From NCBI GenBank assembly GCA_012841145.1, contig DUVH01000024.1, forward strand, positions 4,140-68,139: a DNA stretch of 64,000 nt, written 5' to 3'. Positions within the stretch are counted from its first letter, which is position 1; every line of letters begins with the position of its first letter. The position numbers and the translations under genes were made by a program. The notes under the pieces were generated by a model. The model was not told the DNA's origin. It saw nothing but the letters and a program-made list of their open reading frames with translations, and searched no databases. The stretch is from Clostridiaceae bacterium (GTDB lineage Bacteria > Bacillota > Clostridia > Saccharofermentanales > DTU023). Below are positions 1-10,319 of the stretch, one piece after another.

Positions 1-126
1 CTGTCGCGCTGCCGCCATTACGGATCTTCGGAAAATCAAGACATAAATCGCCGCCGTCAACAACGCGAAGATGAGAAGCACCGCAATAAAGTATGCTATC
101 AGTTGACGAGTGATGGAACGTTTCAT
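1..126 (-). CDS. sensor histidine kinase, N-terminal 42 codons only (rest lies outside the window)
   Basis: ATG at 126-124 overlaps the response-regulator TGA at 125-123 (ATGA coupling). Translation MKRSITRQLIAYFIAVLLIFALLTAAIYVLIFRRS is a basic N-terminus plus TM helix. Kinase identity is inferred only from its position downstream of an OmpR-type regulator. Confidence 0.4.
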   Translation of the reverse strand, partial: MKRSITRQLIAYFIAVLLIFALLTAAIYVLIFRRSVMAAARQ

Positions 127-815
127 GGTGATTCCTCAAACACGACGAATTGATAGCCGCGACCGCGCACCGTGTTGATGTCCCACGTCGGATGCGGATA
201 GATCAGTTTGGAACGCAAGCGTTTGATATGTGAGTCGACCGTTCGCGCATCTCCGACGTAATCGTATCCCCAGAGAAGATCGAGGAGTTGATCACGCGTG
301 AAGACACGCTCGGGATTCGATGCGAGCAGGTGAAGAAGATCAACTTCCGTTCTCGTCAAAACGATCCGGTTGCCGTCGATGACGGCAATGTTCTCAAGGG
401 GGATTATTTCGAGATTCTCAATTGTCAACCGATTATCGCTCTCTTCTTCCACCTTATTGACACGGCGCTGCACAGCACGGATGCGGGCCATCACCTCGCT
501 CGGAGAAAACGGCTTAACAATGTAATCATCGGCTCCATAGTCGAGCCCCATAATCCGCTCAAAATCGTCACCGCGTGCCGTGATCATGATGATGGGGACG
601 GACGATGTGCGGCGTATCGTTCGACAGACTTCAAAACCGTCCTTCTTCGGCATCATAACGTCAAGCAGAACTTGATCGACCTGATGCTCCTGAAACAATC
701 GAAGAGCTTCCTCGCCATCATGTGCGATCAGGACGCGATACCCCTCGTTCTTTGCGTAGTCGGCGAGAATCCTAGTAATATCGACATGGTCATCGGCAAT
801 AAGTATGGTTGGCAT
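123..815 (-). CDS. OmpR/PhoB-family two-component response regulator
   Basis: ORF 123..851. Receiver motifs ILIADDH, LLDVMMPKKDG and KPF, plus a C-terminal winged helix (LTRTEVDLLHLL, HIKRLRSKL, RGRGY). Start placed at MPTILIADD (815); 851 is also possible. Confidence 0.9.
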   Translation of the reverse strand: MPTILIADDHVDITRILADYAKNEGYRVLIAHDGEEALRLFQEHQVDQVLLDVMMPKKDGFEVCRTIRRTSSVPIIMITARGDDFERIMGLDYGADDYIVKPFSPSEVMARIRAVQRRVNKVEEESDNRLTIENLEIIPLENIAVIDGNRIVLTRTEVDLLHLLASNPERVFTRDQLLDLLWGYDYVGDARTVDSHIKRLRSKLIYPHPTWDINTVRGRGYQFVVFEESP

Positions 816-932
816 ATTGTACCTCGTGTCCTCCAATAGCTGCGGAAGCATTCTGTTGATTATCTTACGAATAAATCAAAACCGCCGTGCCTGACGATAC
901 CCTGCAAAAACTGTTGAGTGTTGAGGCAGATT

Positions 933-3410
933 CTACTCGGGCAGCCACACGACGAGGAAAGCGTTGACGACGACATCGCGTTTCAAGGGACGAACGGTCG
1001 TCGTATCGATATCGTTGACAGCCGTCTCGTAGCGCTCACCTGCCGCTTCGAGTTCTTTTTTCATCTCGTCTTCAAGCATGGCGAGCTGTTGTTCGACACG
1101 CCCGTATGACTCTTCGGCCCGTCCGACTTGGCCTTCGGCCTTTTGTGCGCGCGAGGCGCTCTTTGCCGCCGTCGTCGAACGGTAAATCGTCGACTGGTTG
1201 ATGAGCGATCTGCCGAGGAGCGAGCCGAGGACAGCGGAACCGAAAGAGATAGCCGTCTGTCGTTTTGCGTCTTTCGCCTGATCTTTGACGCGCTCTACGC
1301 GCTCTTCCGCCTTGGCAAGTCTCTCTTCCAAGGTTAGACGCTTTTTCTCGTACTTGTCCTCGATGTCGTCGAGCTCCTTATCGCGAACTTCGCGCGCCGC
1401 CAATTGCACGCGAGCGACAAAATCGCGTTCACTCTCGTCAGGTTGCGCGATGAGTCCAAGTTTGCGATGGTGTTGCAATGTCAATTCCGAATCGCGCCAC
1501 ACCGTATCGACGAGCGCACGCTGCCATGCCGTAAAACTCGTCTTATTTTTAGCTTCGGGAGGAAGCGTCGCATAACGAGCGCCGGCAGGCGGATCCGACA
1601 CGAGATCGTCAAGTTCAATATCTAGCGCGAGCGCGTTCTGCCAATCGACAGGAACGAGCGAACCGCCCAAGGGAGTGAATCGCGACACTTTCTCCTCATG
1701 TGATATGCCTTTTTTGTCATCTCGGTAGTAGACCGTGAGGAACCCCGCAAGCGCAGGAGTATAAAGCTGACCCGGTGAGCCGGGCAGATAACTCGTCACG
1801 ATGCCCGTAGGCACTTGAGGCGCAACCTTGACTGCGCCTTCCTCAAGTCCCGCGAGTAAACCTTCATCAGTCTCGGCGGCAATTTCTTGAGGAGTCTGCG
1901 CCGCATCAGCCGACGGAATGACAGGAGCGGAAATCTCTTGCGTCGCGGTGCTGACATGAAGCGTCGCGGACGGAGATTCCAACCTAACTTCTGAAGCCTG
2001 CTCGTCCTTCTGCTCTGCCGTTAGCCTTTTAATCTGATCCCTTGTCAGGGGTCCCGCCAGATACGACATGCAAAATCGCGTCTTGAACAATGTGGGCGCT
2101 CCGCCCTTTACAGGACGCATCACGAACTGGCGCTGCTGCAATCCCGCGATTAAATTTCCGAGCTCCGCTCTCGTCGCGCCTTCAATCGACTCGTCGGCGA
2201 TCCCTTCAAGAAGCCTCTTGCGATCGCGTTCTGTTGTCAGTCTTCCCACGAACCACGTGCCGATGTTCGACAATCCTTTGTAATCGATGTCGCCGGGATT
2301 TTGCGTCGACAGGACAATGCCGAGGCCGTACGCGCGAGCCGTTTTCAACAATGTCAGGAGAGGTTTCTTCGACGGCGGCTCGGCGACCGGCGGGAAATAC
2401 CCGAACACCTCATCCATGTAAAAGAGCGCGCGGAGCGACTGCGTCCCCTGCTGTGAACGCATCCAGGTGACGACGCGATTGAGGAGCAATGTCACGAAGA
2501 ACATCCTCTCGGCATCTGCCAGGTGCGACAGCGTAAGAATCGAGATTCTCGGTTTTCCCTGCGGCGTGTAGAGAAGCGATTGGATATCGAACGGTTCGCC
2601 CTCCATAAAAGCGGCAAATACAGGTGATGCGAGCAAATTGTTGAAGCGCAGCGCCAAGGCAAAGCGATCTTTCTCCGGTATGTAAGTTTCAATATCCATG
2701 ACGCCAATGGTCGTTATGGGCGGCTTGTTGAGCCAATTAATCAGCGAGGCGAGCGAGAAACCTTGCCCTTCCAGCCACGCCTTGCGAATGAGAAGGGATA
2801 AAAGGACGTGCTCACGGCTCGAGACGGGATCGGTCGTGATACCGACTAAGTGGAGAAGGCTCGTCGTCGTTGTGGAGACGACTTCCTGAAATAATTCAGG
2901 GTCGTCGATAACGGCGGGCGACGGTTGCTGGAAAAGACCTTCCAATGAAAGCGGCCGGCCGAACTGTCCTCCGGGCGTAAACAGAGCGAAGTCGGCATTT
3001 TGTTTCATCGCGCGGATACGTTCGCCGTCCTGATCGGAATCTGCAAGACCTTGGCGCCAGATCGACGCCTTTTTCTCGGCGAGTTCCGCAACGCTCACCC
3101 CCTCCGCTTCGGCCTCATCGGGATGGATCCAGGGCTCGAAATCGGATGCGAGCAAGTCGGGGAAAGTGAGCAATAAGTTGCCCATATCGCCCTTCGGATC
3201 GACGACGATCGCAGGAATCCCGTCCATCGCGGCTTCTTCAAGGAGACAGATTCCGAGCCCCGTCTTGCCGCTGCCGGTCATTCCGACGCACATCGCATGT
3301 GTGACGAGGTCGCGCGAATTTAACAACATGTAGTTGTCCTGCTGACCTGTACCGACTTCTCCGCTCTCGGTTCCCAGATAAAAGACACCGAGTTTCTCGT
3401 AATGAGCCAT
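933..3410 (-). CDS. HerA/FtsK-like (DUF853/DUF87-type) P-loop ATPase with a long C-terminal coiled-coil extension
   Basis: ORF 933..3473. Start moved to MAHYEKLG, which follows GGAGGGGTAT. Walker A is GMTGSGKTG; Walker B-like is LFYMDEVFGY. The C-terminal ~330 aa are unassigned and contain KELDDIEDKYEKKRLTLEERLAKAEERVERVKDQAKDAKRQ. Confidence 0.7.
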   Translation of the reverse strand: MAHYEKLGVFYLGTESGEVGTGQQDNYMLLNSRDLVTHAMCVGMTGSGKTGLGICLLEEAAMDGIPAIVVDPKGDMGNLLLTFPDLLASDFEPWIHPDEAEAEGVSVAELAEKKASIWRQGLADSDQDGERIRAMKQNADFALFTPGGQFGRPLSLEGLFQQPSPAVIDDPELFQEVVSTTTTSLLHLVGITTDPVSSREHVLLSLLIRKAWLEGQGFSLASLINWLNKPPITTIGVMDIETYIPEKDRFALALRFNNLLASPVFAAFMEGEPFDIQSLLYTPQGKPRISILTLSHLADAERMFFVTLLLNRVVTWMRSQQGTQSLRALFYMDEVFGYFPPVAEPPSKKPLLTLLKTARAYGLGIVLSTQNPGDIDYKGLSNIGTWFVGRLTTERDRKRLLEGIADESIEGATRAELGNLIAGLQQRQFVMRPVKGGAPTLFKTRFCMSYLAGPLTRDQIKRLTAEQKDEQASEVRLESPSATLHVSTATQEISAPVIPSADAAQTPQEIAAETDEGLLAGLEEGAVKVAPQVPTGIVTSYLPGSPGQLYTPALAGFLTVYYRDDKKGISHEEKVSRFTPLGGSLVPVDWQNALALDIELDDLVSDPPAGARYATLPPEAKNKTSFTAWQRALVDTVWRDSELTLQHHRKLGLIAQPDESERDFVARVQLAAREVRDKELDDIEDKYEKKRLTLEERLAKAEERVERVKDQAKDAKRQTAISFGSAVLGSLLGRSLINQSTIYRSTTAAKSASRAQKAEGQVGRAEESYGRVEQQLAMLEDEMKKELEAAGERYETAVNDIDTTTVRPLKRDVVVNAFLVVWLPE

Positions 3411-3526
3411 ATACCCCTCCCGATTCCGTTCATGCGCGATGAAACGAGAGGGACTCCTCACGCATACAGGCAAGGTAATCCCTCTTATTTTGTCTTACAT
3501 TATATTACTGTTCGCTTTAAGTTGCT

Positions 3527-4810
3527 TTAACTTCTGTTCAGCCTTGCAATCAAATCGGTCCGATCGAGCTCTTCGAGATCGGGACGGCAGCGGATCGGTT
3601 CCCCGGCCGCGCGGAGCGCGTTGACGACGTCTTTCAGTCCGCTTCCCGTGACGAGGCACGTCACCGATTCGCCGGGTTTGATGATTCCCTGCTCGAGTGC
3701 GCGCTTGACGCCGGCGAACGACGTTACGCCGGCAGGTTCCCCGAACACGCCTTCAACAGATCCCATGACGCGCATCGCGTCGAGAATATCCTCATCGGGA
3801 ACAGCAATCCATGCGCCGTTCGTGGCGGACACGGCGCGCAACGCTTTGATGGGATTTCTGGGAACACCGACTGAGATGGAGTCGGCAAGTGTGTTTTCCG
3901 GCGTCGGTTTAAGCGGTACGCCGTCACGTGCTGCATCGACAAAGGGACTGCAACCTGTCGACTGGACGCCGAGAATCTTCGGAATATGGTCGATCATGCC
4001 GAGCGCATGCAAATCGCGGAAACCGAGATAGACTCCGCCGATCGTGCACCCGTCACCGACGGAAACGGCGACCCAATCGGTCGGCTCGAAGTTCAGCTGC
4101 TCAGCGACTTCAAACGAAACAGTTTTCTTGCCTTCAGCCATGACGGGATTGATTCCGGCATTTCTGTTGTACCATCCGTATTTGTCGATCGCCGCTTTCG
4201 ACAGATTGAATGTCTCGCGGTAATCGCCGATAACAGAGACAACTTGGGCGCCGAAGACGAGCATCTGAGCCAATTTGCCCTGCGGGGCGCGCTCGGGAAC
4301 GAAGATCACCGTCTTCAAGCCTTCGCGCGCTGCGTTGCCGGCGCAGGAGGAGGCAGCGTTACCTGTCGATGAACAGGAAATCGTATCATATCCGAGTTCG
4401 AGCGCCTTGGCGACGGCAACGGCGCTCGCGCGATCTTTCAAGGATGCTGTCGGGTTAAGCCCGTCATCTTTGACGTAAAGGGCTTTCAGACCTAGCTCAT
4501 CGCCGAGTCTCAACGACCGGTACAGAGGCGTCCAGCCGACGCGCAGTGACGATGAATAATCTCTCTCCCCCAGAGGCAGGAAAGCTTTATAGCGCCACAT
4601 GCTGTTCGTGTGATCCTTTTGGAGGCTCTCGCGGCTTACATTTTGTGAAATAACATCGTAGTCGTAATCAATATCGAGAATCGCCGTATCACCGCAATCA
4701 GGACAAGTCAGCAGCTCTTCTTCGTAGGGATAATGTCGATGACAGACGGTGCATGTGTATCCGATAAGGTGAGGAATATTCGCTTTTTTCTTTTTTGGGA
4801 TTGTGGACAT
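3527..4810 (-). CDS. threonine synthase-like PLP-dependent enzyme with N-terminal zinc ribbon
   Basis: ORF 3527..4879. Start at MSTIPKKKK after AAGGAG. CTVCHRHY...CPDCGD is a Cys4 ribbon; LNPTASLKDR is the PLP-lysine motif; SSTGNAASS is the glycine-rich loop. Confidence 0.75.
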   Translation of the reverse strand: MSTIPKKKKANIPHLIGYTCTVCHRHYPYEEELLTCPDCGDTAILDIDYDYDVISQNVSRESLQKDHTNSMWRYKAFLPLGERDYSSSLRVGWTPLYRSLRLGDELGLKALYVKDDGLNPTASLKDRASAVAVAKALELGYDTISCSSTGNAASSCAGNAAREGLKTVIFVPERAPQGKLAQMLVFGAQVVSVIGDYRETFNLSKAAIDKYGWYNRNAGINPVMAEGKKTVSFEVAEQLNFEPTDWVAVSVGDGCTIGGVYLGFRDLHALGMIDHIPKILGVQSTGCSPFVDAARDGVPLKPTPENTLADSISVGVPRNPIKALRAVSATNGAWIAVPDEDILDAMRVMGSVEGVFGEPAGVTSFAGVKRALEQGIIKPGESVTCLVTGSGLKDVVNALRAAGEPIRCRPDLEELDRTDLIARLNRS

Positions 4811-4967
4811 CAGGTAATCTCCTTCGTAGCGTAACACGCCTTTATTTGTGTACAGCTTACCATAAGATGGATAAATCATCGGTTCTCTTTAACAATGGTT
4901 TACTTGTTCACTGTCAGTGATTTATGGTATCATTCATAATACAGTAAGCCTAATTGGAGGGAAAACT

Positions 4968-6176
4968 ATGCAACATTTCAAAAAATTGTTAGCCATTCTG
5001 CTTTGCGCGCTCTTTATTTTTACAGTCGTAGCGTGTGATAGCGGAAAAGATCCTGTAAAGACTGATCCGTCGAAACCTGCAGAGTCAGGCGATCCGGTCG
5101 ATACAGACAAGCCGGATGATCCGGTCAAACCCGATGATCCCGACAAGCTCTCGCTTGAAAATATCAAGATCGGTTTCGTCCACATCACCGACCCGAGCGA
5201 TATGGGTTATACATATAACCATGATCTCGGAACACAGAAGATGCAGAAAGAGCTCGGACTGAAAGATGACCAGATCATCAACAAGTTCAACACCTCGGAA
5301 GACGAGACATGTGAAAACGCTCTCCGCGAACTCGCCGAGCAAGGATGCCACATCATTTTTGCGACGAGCTTCGGATTTGAAGACTACGTAATCAAAGTCG
5401 CCAAAGATTATCCCGACATTGAGTTCTGTCACGCTACAGGCTACAAAGCCGCATCAGCCGGACTGGACAACGTTCACAACTATTTCGGCAAGATCTATCA
5501 GGCACGTTACCTCTCAGGTATCGCCGCAGGCTTGAAAACCGAAAAGAACAAGCTCGGCTACGTCGGCGCGTTCCCCTTCCCGGAAGTTATTTCAGGGTTC
5601 ACAGCGTTCTATCTGGGCGCCAAGAGCGTCAACCCCGATGTCAAGATGACCGTTAAGTACACACACAGCTGGAATAACCCGACGCTTGAAGCTCAACTGG
5701 CACAAGCGCTCATCGACGAAGGCTGTGACGTCCTTGGACAGCACTGCGACTCGACGGCACCCGCGACAGCGGCTGAGGCCGCCGGCGTCTTCCACGTCGG
5801 ATACAACTCCGACATGCGTGACGCGGCTCCCAATGCGTCGCTGACCTCCGCCGTCTGGGACTGGTCGCGCTACCTCGTCTTCGCCATTAACAAGCTGATC
5901 GCCGGCGAAGAAATCCCCGTCGACTGGGGTGAGGGTCTTGCGGAAGGCGTCTGCGACGTCTCTCCGCTGAACGATGCGATCGTCGCGCCCGATACGGCTG
6001 CAAAGATCGAAGAAGCCCGCGCTAAGATCGTCTCAGGTGACTGGGATGTCTTCACAGGCCCGCTCGTTGACGTCAGAGGCGAGACCGTCGTTGCCGAAGG
6101 CGAGACGTTCATTGAGCCGGCATCTGCTCCTTCATGGGGGTATATCCTTGAGGGTATTGATGCGCAAGCCGACTAA
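4968..6176 (+). CDS. BMP-family (PnrA/Med-like) ABC substrate-binding lipoprotein, probably for nucleosides
   Basis: ORF 4917..6176. Start at MQHFKK after GGAGGG. Signal peptide plus lipobox FTVVAC, a Pro/Asp-rich linker, then BMP-like motifs (GFVHI, GYVGAFPFPEV, HVGYNSD). Confidence 0.85.
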   Translation: MQHFKKLLAILLCALFIFTVVACDSGKDPVKTDPSKPAESGDPVDTDKPDDPVKPDDPDKLSLENIKIGFVHITDPSDMGYTYNHDLGTQKMQKELGLKDDQIINKFNTSEDETCENALRELAEQGCHIIFATSFGFEDYVIKVAKDYPDIEFCHATGYKAASAGLDNVHNYFGKIYQARYLSGIAAGLKTEKNKLGYVGAFPFPEVISGFTAFYLGAKSVNPDVKMTVKYTHSWNNPTLEAQLAQALIDEGCDVLGQHCDSTAPATAAEAAGVFHVGYNSDMRDAAPNASLTSAVWDWSRYLVFAINKLIAGEEIPVDWGEGLAEGVCDVSPLNDAIVAPDTAAKIEEARAKIVSGDWDVFTGPLVDVRGETVVAEGETFIEPASAPSWGYILEGIDAQAD

Positions 6177-6192
6177 GTAATTTAATTATCGT

Positions 6193-6308
6193 GAAGAGCA
6201 CATCGATTAATTCGGTGTGCTCTTCAACACATGATCGCCGAAACGCAATTCGAGTTCCCAGAATCGGTGGGTATCACACAAAACTCAATAGGCGTTTCGG
6301 CTTTTTTT
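6193..6308 (+). terminator. two stem-loops after the binding-protein gene; the second is followed by a T7 run
   Basis: GAAGAGCACA(6193)/TGTGCTCTTC(6225) forms the first. GCCGAAACGC(6237)/GCGTTTCGGC(6301) forms the second, followed by TTTTTTT. Probably an intra-operon attenuator between the SBP and ATPase genes. Confidence 0.5.
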
Positions 6309-6378
6309 AAATGCCGATCCATAAAATCTAAACTCCTAACAATACAATATTGAGATACAGATCGGCCGGAGGGACATT

Positions 6379-7953
6379 ATGCAAGATACGAAACCGACAA
6401 CAGTTGATAATGTCGTTGAAATGCGTCATATCTGCAAGAGCTTCGGTACGGTTCAGGCTCTTTCGGATGTCCATTTCGAACTTAGACGTGGTGAAATTCT
6501 CTCGCTGCTCGGTGAAAATGGCAGCGGAAAAACGACACTTATGAACATACTTTCCGGCATATATTTCCCCGATGCAGGAGATATATTTGTCAACGGCAAA
6601 GCGGTAACCATTCGCCAACCGAAGGATGCCTTCGACCTCAACATCGGCATGGTGCACCAGCACTTCAAACTCGTCGATGTCTTTTCAGCGGCGGAGAATA
6701 TCGTGCTGGGACTCCCCGGAGGAATGACGATTAACCGTCGCTCGCTCTCGAAACATGTCCGGGAAATCGCTGATCAATATGGATTTGAGATCGATCCGGA
6801 GAAAAAGGTCTACGACATGTCCGTCTCGGAAAAACAGACGGTTGAAATTATCAAAGCGCTCTACCGAGGCGCCGATATCCTAATCCTCGATGAACCGACC
6901 GCCGTTCTGACACCGCAGGAGACTGACAAGCTGTTTGACATCATGCGAGCCATGAAAAAAGACAAGAAATCGATCATCCTAATTACTCATAAATTGAATG
7001 AGGTGCTCGCAGTCTCCGACCGCGTCACCGTTCTACGCAAAGGCGAATACATCGACACCGTTCAAACAAAGGATGCGACCGTTCAATCGCTGACCGATAT
7101 GATGGTCGGTCGCTCCGTTTCGCTCGAAATCGATCGCCCTGCCCCTACAAACGTTAAGCCCATTCTCAAGGTTCAATCATTGACTGTGCTTGATCAGGAA
7201 GGCAGCAAGGCTCTTGATGATGTGAATTTCGAAGTCAATGGAGGTGAAATCCTCGGTATTGCCGGCATTTCGGGAAGCGGGCAGCGCGAACTCTGCGAAG
7301 CGATCGCAGGCCTTTACCCCGTCACGGGCGGCTCCATCCTTTATCGGACTGTTGTCGACGGCCATGAAGTAGACGAAAACGTCGTCGGGCTCAATCCGAA
7401 TGAGCTCGTCAAGAAAGGTATCGCACTCGCCTTTGTTCCTGAAGACCGTCTCGGCATGGGACTCGTACCCTCTCTCGATATGGTCGATAACATCATGCTG
7501 AAACACTACCGGAAGAAAAAAGGATTCCTTGTCGATCGCAAATCGCCTCGCAAAATAGCCGAACGTCTCGTAGAAGAGCTGCAGATCGTCACGCCGGATG
7601 TCTTTACTCCGATTCGACGACTGTCCGGCGGCAATGTTCAGAAGATTCTCGTCGGAAGAGAAATCGACACTGCGCCCCGGCTCTTGATGGTTGCCTATCC
7701 CGTTCGAGGACTTGATATCAATTCTTCCTACACGATTTACAACTTGCTCAATGAGCAAAAAGAAAAAGGTGTCGCCGTTATTTTCGTCGGTGAGGATCTT
7801 GACGTCCTGATGGAAATCTCCGACAGACTGCTCGTCTTGAGCGGAGGCCGCGTAACCGGCATTGTCGACCCGCGCGTCACCTCGAAACAAGACATCGGGC
7901 TCCTTATGCTCGGACAGTCGATTGACAAAGAGAAAGGAGCAGACGCCGTATGA
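6379..7953 (+). CDS. ABC transporter ATP-binding protein with duplicated ATPase domains (sugar/nucleoside importer type)
   Basis: Two Walker A motifs (GENGSGKTT, GISGSGQRE), two signature motifs (SVSEKQ, LSGGNVQK) and two Walker B motifs (ILILDEPT, LLMVAYP). Confidence 0.9.
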   Translation: MQDTKPTTVDNVVEMRHICKSFGTVQALSDVHFELRRGEILSLLGENGSGKTTLMNILSGIYFPDAGDIFVNGKAVTIRQPKDAFDLNIGMVHQHFKLVDVFSAAENIVLGLPGGMTINRRSLSKHVREIADQYGFEIDPEKKVYDMSVSEKQTVEIIKALYRGADILILDEPTAVLTPQETDKLFDIMRAMKKDKKSIILITHKLNEVLAVSDRVTVLRKGEYIDTVQTKDATVQSLTDMMVGRSVSLEIDRPAPTNVKPILKVQSLTVLDQEGSKALDDVNFEVNGGEILGIAGISGSGQRELCEAIAGLYPVTGGSILYRTVVDGHEVDENVVGLNPNELVKKGIALAFVPEDRLGMGLVPSLDMVDNIMLKHYRKKKGFLVDRKSPRKIAERLVEELQIVTPDVFTPIRRLSGGNVQKILVGREIDTAPRLLMVAYPVRGLDINSSYTIYNLLNEQKEKGVAVIFVGEDLDVLMEISDRLLVLSGGRVTGIVDPRVTSKQDIGLLMLGQSIDKEKGADAV

Positions 7954-9158
7954 CAGATCAAAAGATCAACAACGCCAACATGCCAGAGCAGCCTGACGCA
8001 CCGTGCCCGCCGGCGCAAGACATGCACCCTTCAATGAAAGAACCTTTTGTGCGCATGACAAAGCGCGGCGGCATCACGAAACGACAGAGAGTGGCCGTTT
8101 ACATCATCTGTTTTATTCTGGCTTTGCTCGTCGGCGCGCTCATGCTGTTAGCCATCGGCAAAAATCCGATCCATGCATACCGTGATATGGTCGTCGGATC
8201 ATTCGGAACGGCGATCGCCACCGCTGAAACAGTCAGGATCGCAATCCCGCTCCTGATCGCCAGCGTAGCCGTCGGGTTCGCTTTTAAGATGAGATTCTGG
8301 AATATCGGAGCTGAGGGACAAATCCTCGCCGGAGCCATCTTCTGCTCTTACATCGTCATCCATTCGATCAACAATGAGAACTATATCGGCAAGATTCCTC
8401 TCCATCTCCTCATGGTTGTTCTTGCAATGGTGGGCGGCGCACTGTTCGGATTTCTCCCTGCATACTTCAAGACGAAATGGGAAACGAACGAGACTCTGTT
8501 CACATTGATGCTTAACTACATCGCCATCCAGTACGTCATCTATTTGCAATCACTACGTACGTGGCAACATCCGATGAGCACATATCCGAAAATTGTTGAC
8601 TTTTCCACGTTCACCGAAGGGAAAGTTGAGCTCCCTCGAATGTTCGGTGTTCATATCGGATGGATATTCGCTCTCATCATCGCTGTAGTCGCCTATTTCT
8701 ATCTGACAAAAACAAAACACGGATATGAGATCTCCGTCGTCGGAGACTCGCTGAATACAGCGCGATACGCCGGCATGAACACGCGCTGGATCCAGATTCG
8801 CACACTTCTCATATCCGGAGCTCTCTGCGGATTTGCAGGCTACTTGCAGGTGGCGGGCGCAAACCACACCTTGACGGAAACATCGGCAGGAGGCGTAGGT
8901 TTCACCGCGATTACAGTAGCATGGCTGGCGAAGCTCAACCCGTTCGTTATGATCCCTATTGCCGTTTTCATCGCGATGCTCCAAAAAGGCTCGCTCTTTA
9001 TTCAGTCAACGATGCGTATTCCCGCGTCTGCCGCCGATCTCTTGACGGGATTGATCCTGTTCTTCATGTTGGGCAGCGAGTTCTTTATCGAATATAAGCT
9101 CGTCTTCAGAGGCAAGCAAAACATCTCACCCATCGAGCAGAAGGAGGTAGCCGCATGA
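7950..9158 (+). CDS. ABC transporter permease (BMP/nucleoside importer)
   Basis: ATGA overlap with the ATPase gene. Multi-TM protein containing the RFWNIGAEGQ motif typical of this permease family. The true start may be internal. Confidence 0.85.
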   Translation: MTDQKINNANMPEQPDAPCPPAQDMHPSMKEPFVRMTKRGGITKRQRVAVYIICFILALLVGALMLLAIGKNPIHAYRDMVVGSFGTAIATAETVRIAIPLLIASVAVGFAFKMRFWNIGAEGQILAGAIFCSYIVIHSINNENYIGKIPLHLLMVVLAMVGGALFGFLPAYFKTKWETNETLFTLMLNYIAIQYVIYLQSLRTWQHPMSTYPKIVDFSTFTEGKVELPRMFGVHIGWIFALIIAVVAYFYLTKTKHGYEISVVGDSLNTARYAGMNTRWIQIRTLLISGALCGFAGYLQVAGANHTLTETSAGGVGFTAITVAWLAKLNPFVMIPIAVFIAMLQKGSLFIQSTMRIPASAADLLTGLILFFMLGSEFFIEYKLVFRGKQNISPIEQKEVAA

Positions 9159-10138
9159 AAGTATTGAATGTCATCATCAACCTGATCAACGCAGCTGTCT
9201 TGGCAGGTACTCCTCTTCTCCTCGCGACGAGCGGAGAAATTCTGACAGAGAAGTCGGGCAATCTCAATCTCGGTGTCGAGGGACAGATGTATATGGGTGC
9301 CATTGCGGGGCTTGCCGGAGCTTGGTTTGCCGAGCAATGGTTCGGAACAGGCGGTATGATACCGCTCATCATTGCCGTTATATTCTCTTTCATCATGGGA
9401 TGCATCAGCGGACTGATTTATTCTGTCCTGACCGTCACACTGCGCGCCAATCAGAATGTCACAGGTCTGACGCTTGCGATTTTCGGTACCGGTTTCGGTA
9501 AATTTTTCGGTGAAGTTCTCGGTCATAAAGCCGGCGGATTCGTCGCCGTAGGCCAAGAAACAAAAGCTATGTTCGGCAATATCAACTTCGGCAAATTAAC
9601 GGAAACACCCTTCATCGGGACACTTTTCTTCCGGTACAACTGGCTTGTCTATTTCGCGCTTATTATTGCGGTCATCATGGGATGGTACTTGAATAAGACG
9701 CGAAGCGGCTTGTCGCTTCGCGCCGTGGGAGAGAGCCCCGGCACTGCCGACAGCGCCGGCATCAACGTCACCCGCTATAAATACGGCGCCACCATCATCG
9801 GCGGCGGACTTTGCGGGTTGGCTGGAATGTACATGTCGATGGTCAACCAGAAAGGCATCTGGGTGACCGACTGTGTCAGCGGCTACGGATGGCTCGCGAT
9901 CGCGTTGGTCATCTTCTCCACATGGAGTCCGCTCCGCGCCATTTATTCGTCGATCATCTTCGGAGGCTTGACGGTAATGTATATGCGCATTCCGATCCCC
10001 GGTCTGCCGACAGCTATTTACATGATGTTCCCCTACATTGCCACGATTATCGTGCTCATATTGACGAGTATCAAACAGATCAAAGAGCACGCTCAGCCTG
10101 CGAGCACGGGATTGAACTATTACCGTGAAGAGCGCTAA
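9155..10138 (+). CDS. ABC transporter permease (second subunit)
   Basis: ATGA overlap with the previous permease gene. Carries GNLNLGVEGQM and multiple TM segments. Confidence 0.9.
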   Translation: MKVLNVIINLINAAVLAGTPLLLATSGEILTEKSGNLNLGVEGQMYMGAIAGLAGAWFAEQWFGTGGMIPLIIAVIFSFIMGCISGLIYSVLTVTLRANQNVTGLTLAIFGTGFGKFFGEVLGHKAGGFVAVGQETKAMFGNINFGKLTETPFIGTLFFRYNWLVYFALIIAVIMGWYLNKTRSGLSLRAVGESPGTADSAGINVTRYKYGATIIGGGLCGLAGMYMSMVNQKGIWVTDCVSGYGWLAIALVIFSTWSPLRAIYSSIIFGGLTVMYMRIPIPGLPTAIYMMFPYIATIIVLILTSIKQIKEHAQPASTGLNYYREER

Positions 10139-10179
10139 GGTATGAAGCTTTTCGGTCGAAGAAATTAACAACATCCACG

Positions 10180-10212
10180 CAGACCGGTGCCGCAAACACC
10201 GGTCTGATTTTT
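10180..10212 (+). terminator. rho-independent terminator of the BMP-ABC operon
   Basis: 10-bp perfect stem CAGACCGGTG/CACCGGTCTG, a 7-nt loop, then ATTTTT. Confidence 0.8.
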
Positions 10213-10319
10213 ACAGAAGATTATTTGGCGCATCTTCAGCGCTCATATACAATGGAGATGGACATCAGAGCGATGTGTCTCTGAACAAGGTTAATCATTT
10301 ACCAAGGAGGTTTTAAGTC

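Noticed and set aside
288-839. Long antisense or shadow ORFs opposite well-supported genes. Examples are 288..839 (+), 7177..7890 (-), 9596..10195 (-), 19017..19913 (+), 25070..25807 (-), 26271..26897 (-), 48523..49149 (+) and 58004..58573 (+).
   Set aside because: Each lies entirely within a gene that has strong family motifs on the other strand. They show Arg/Ser/His-rich shadow composition and lack ribosome-binding sites.
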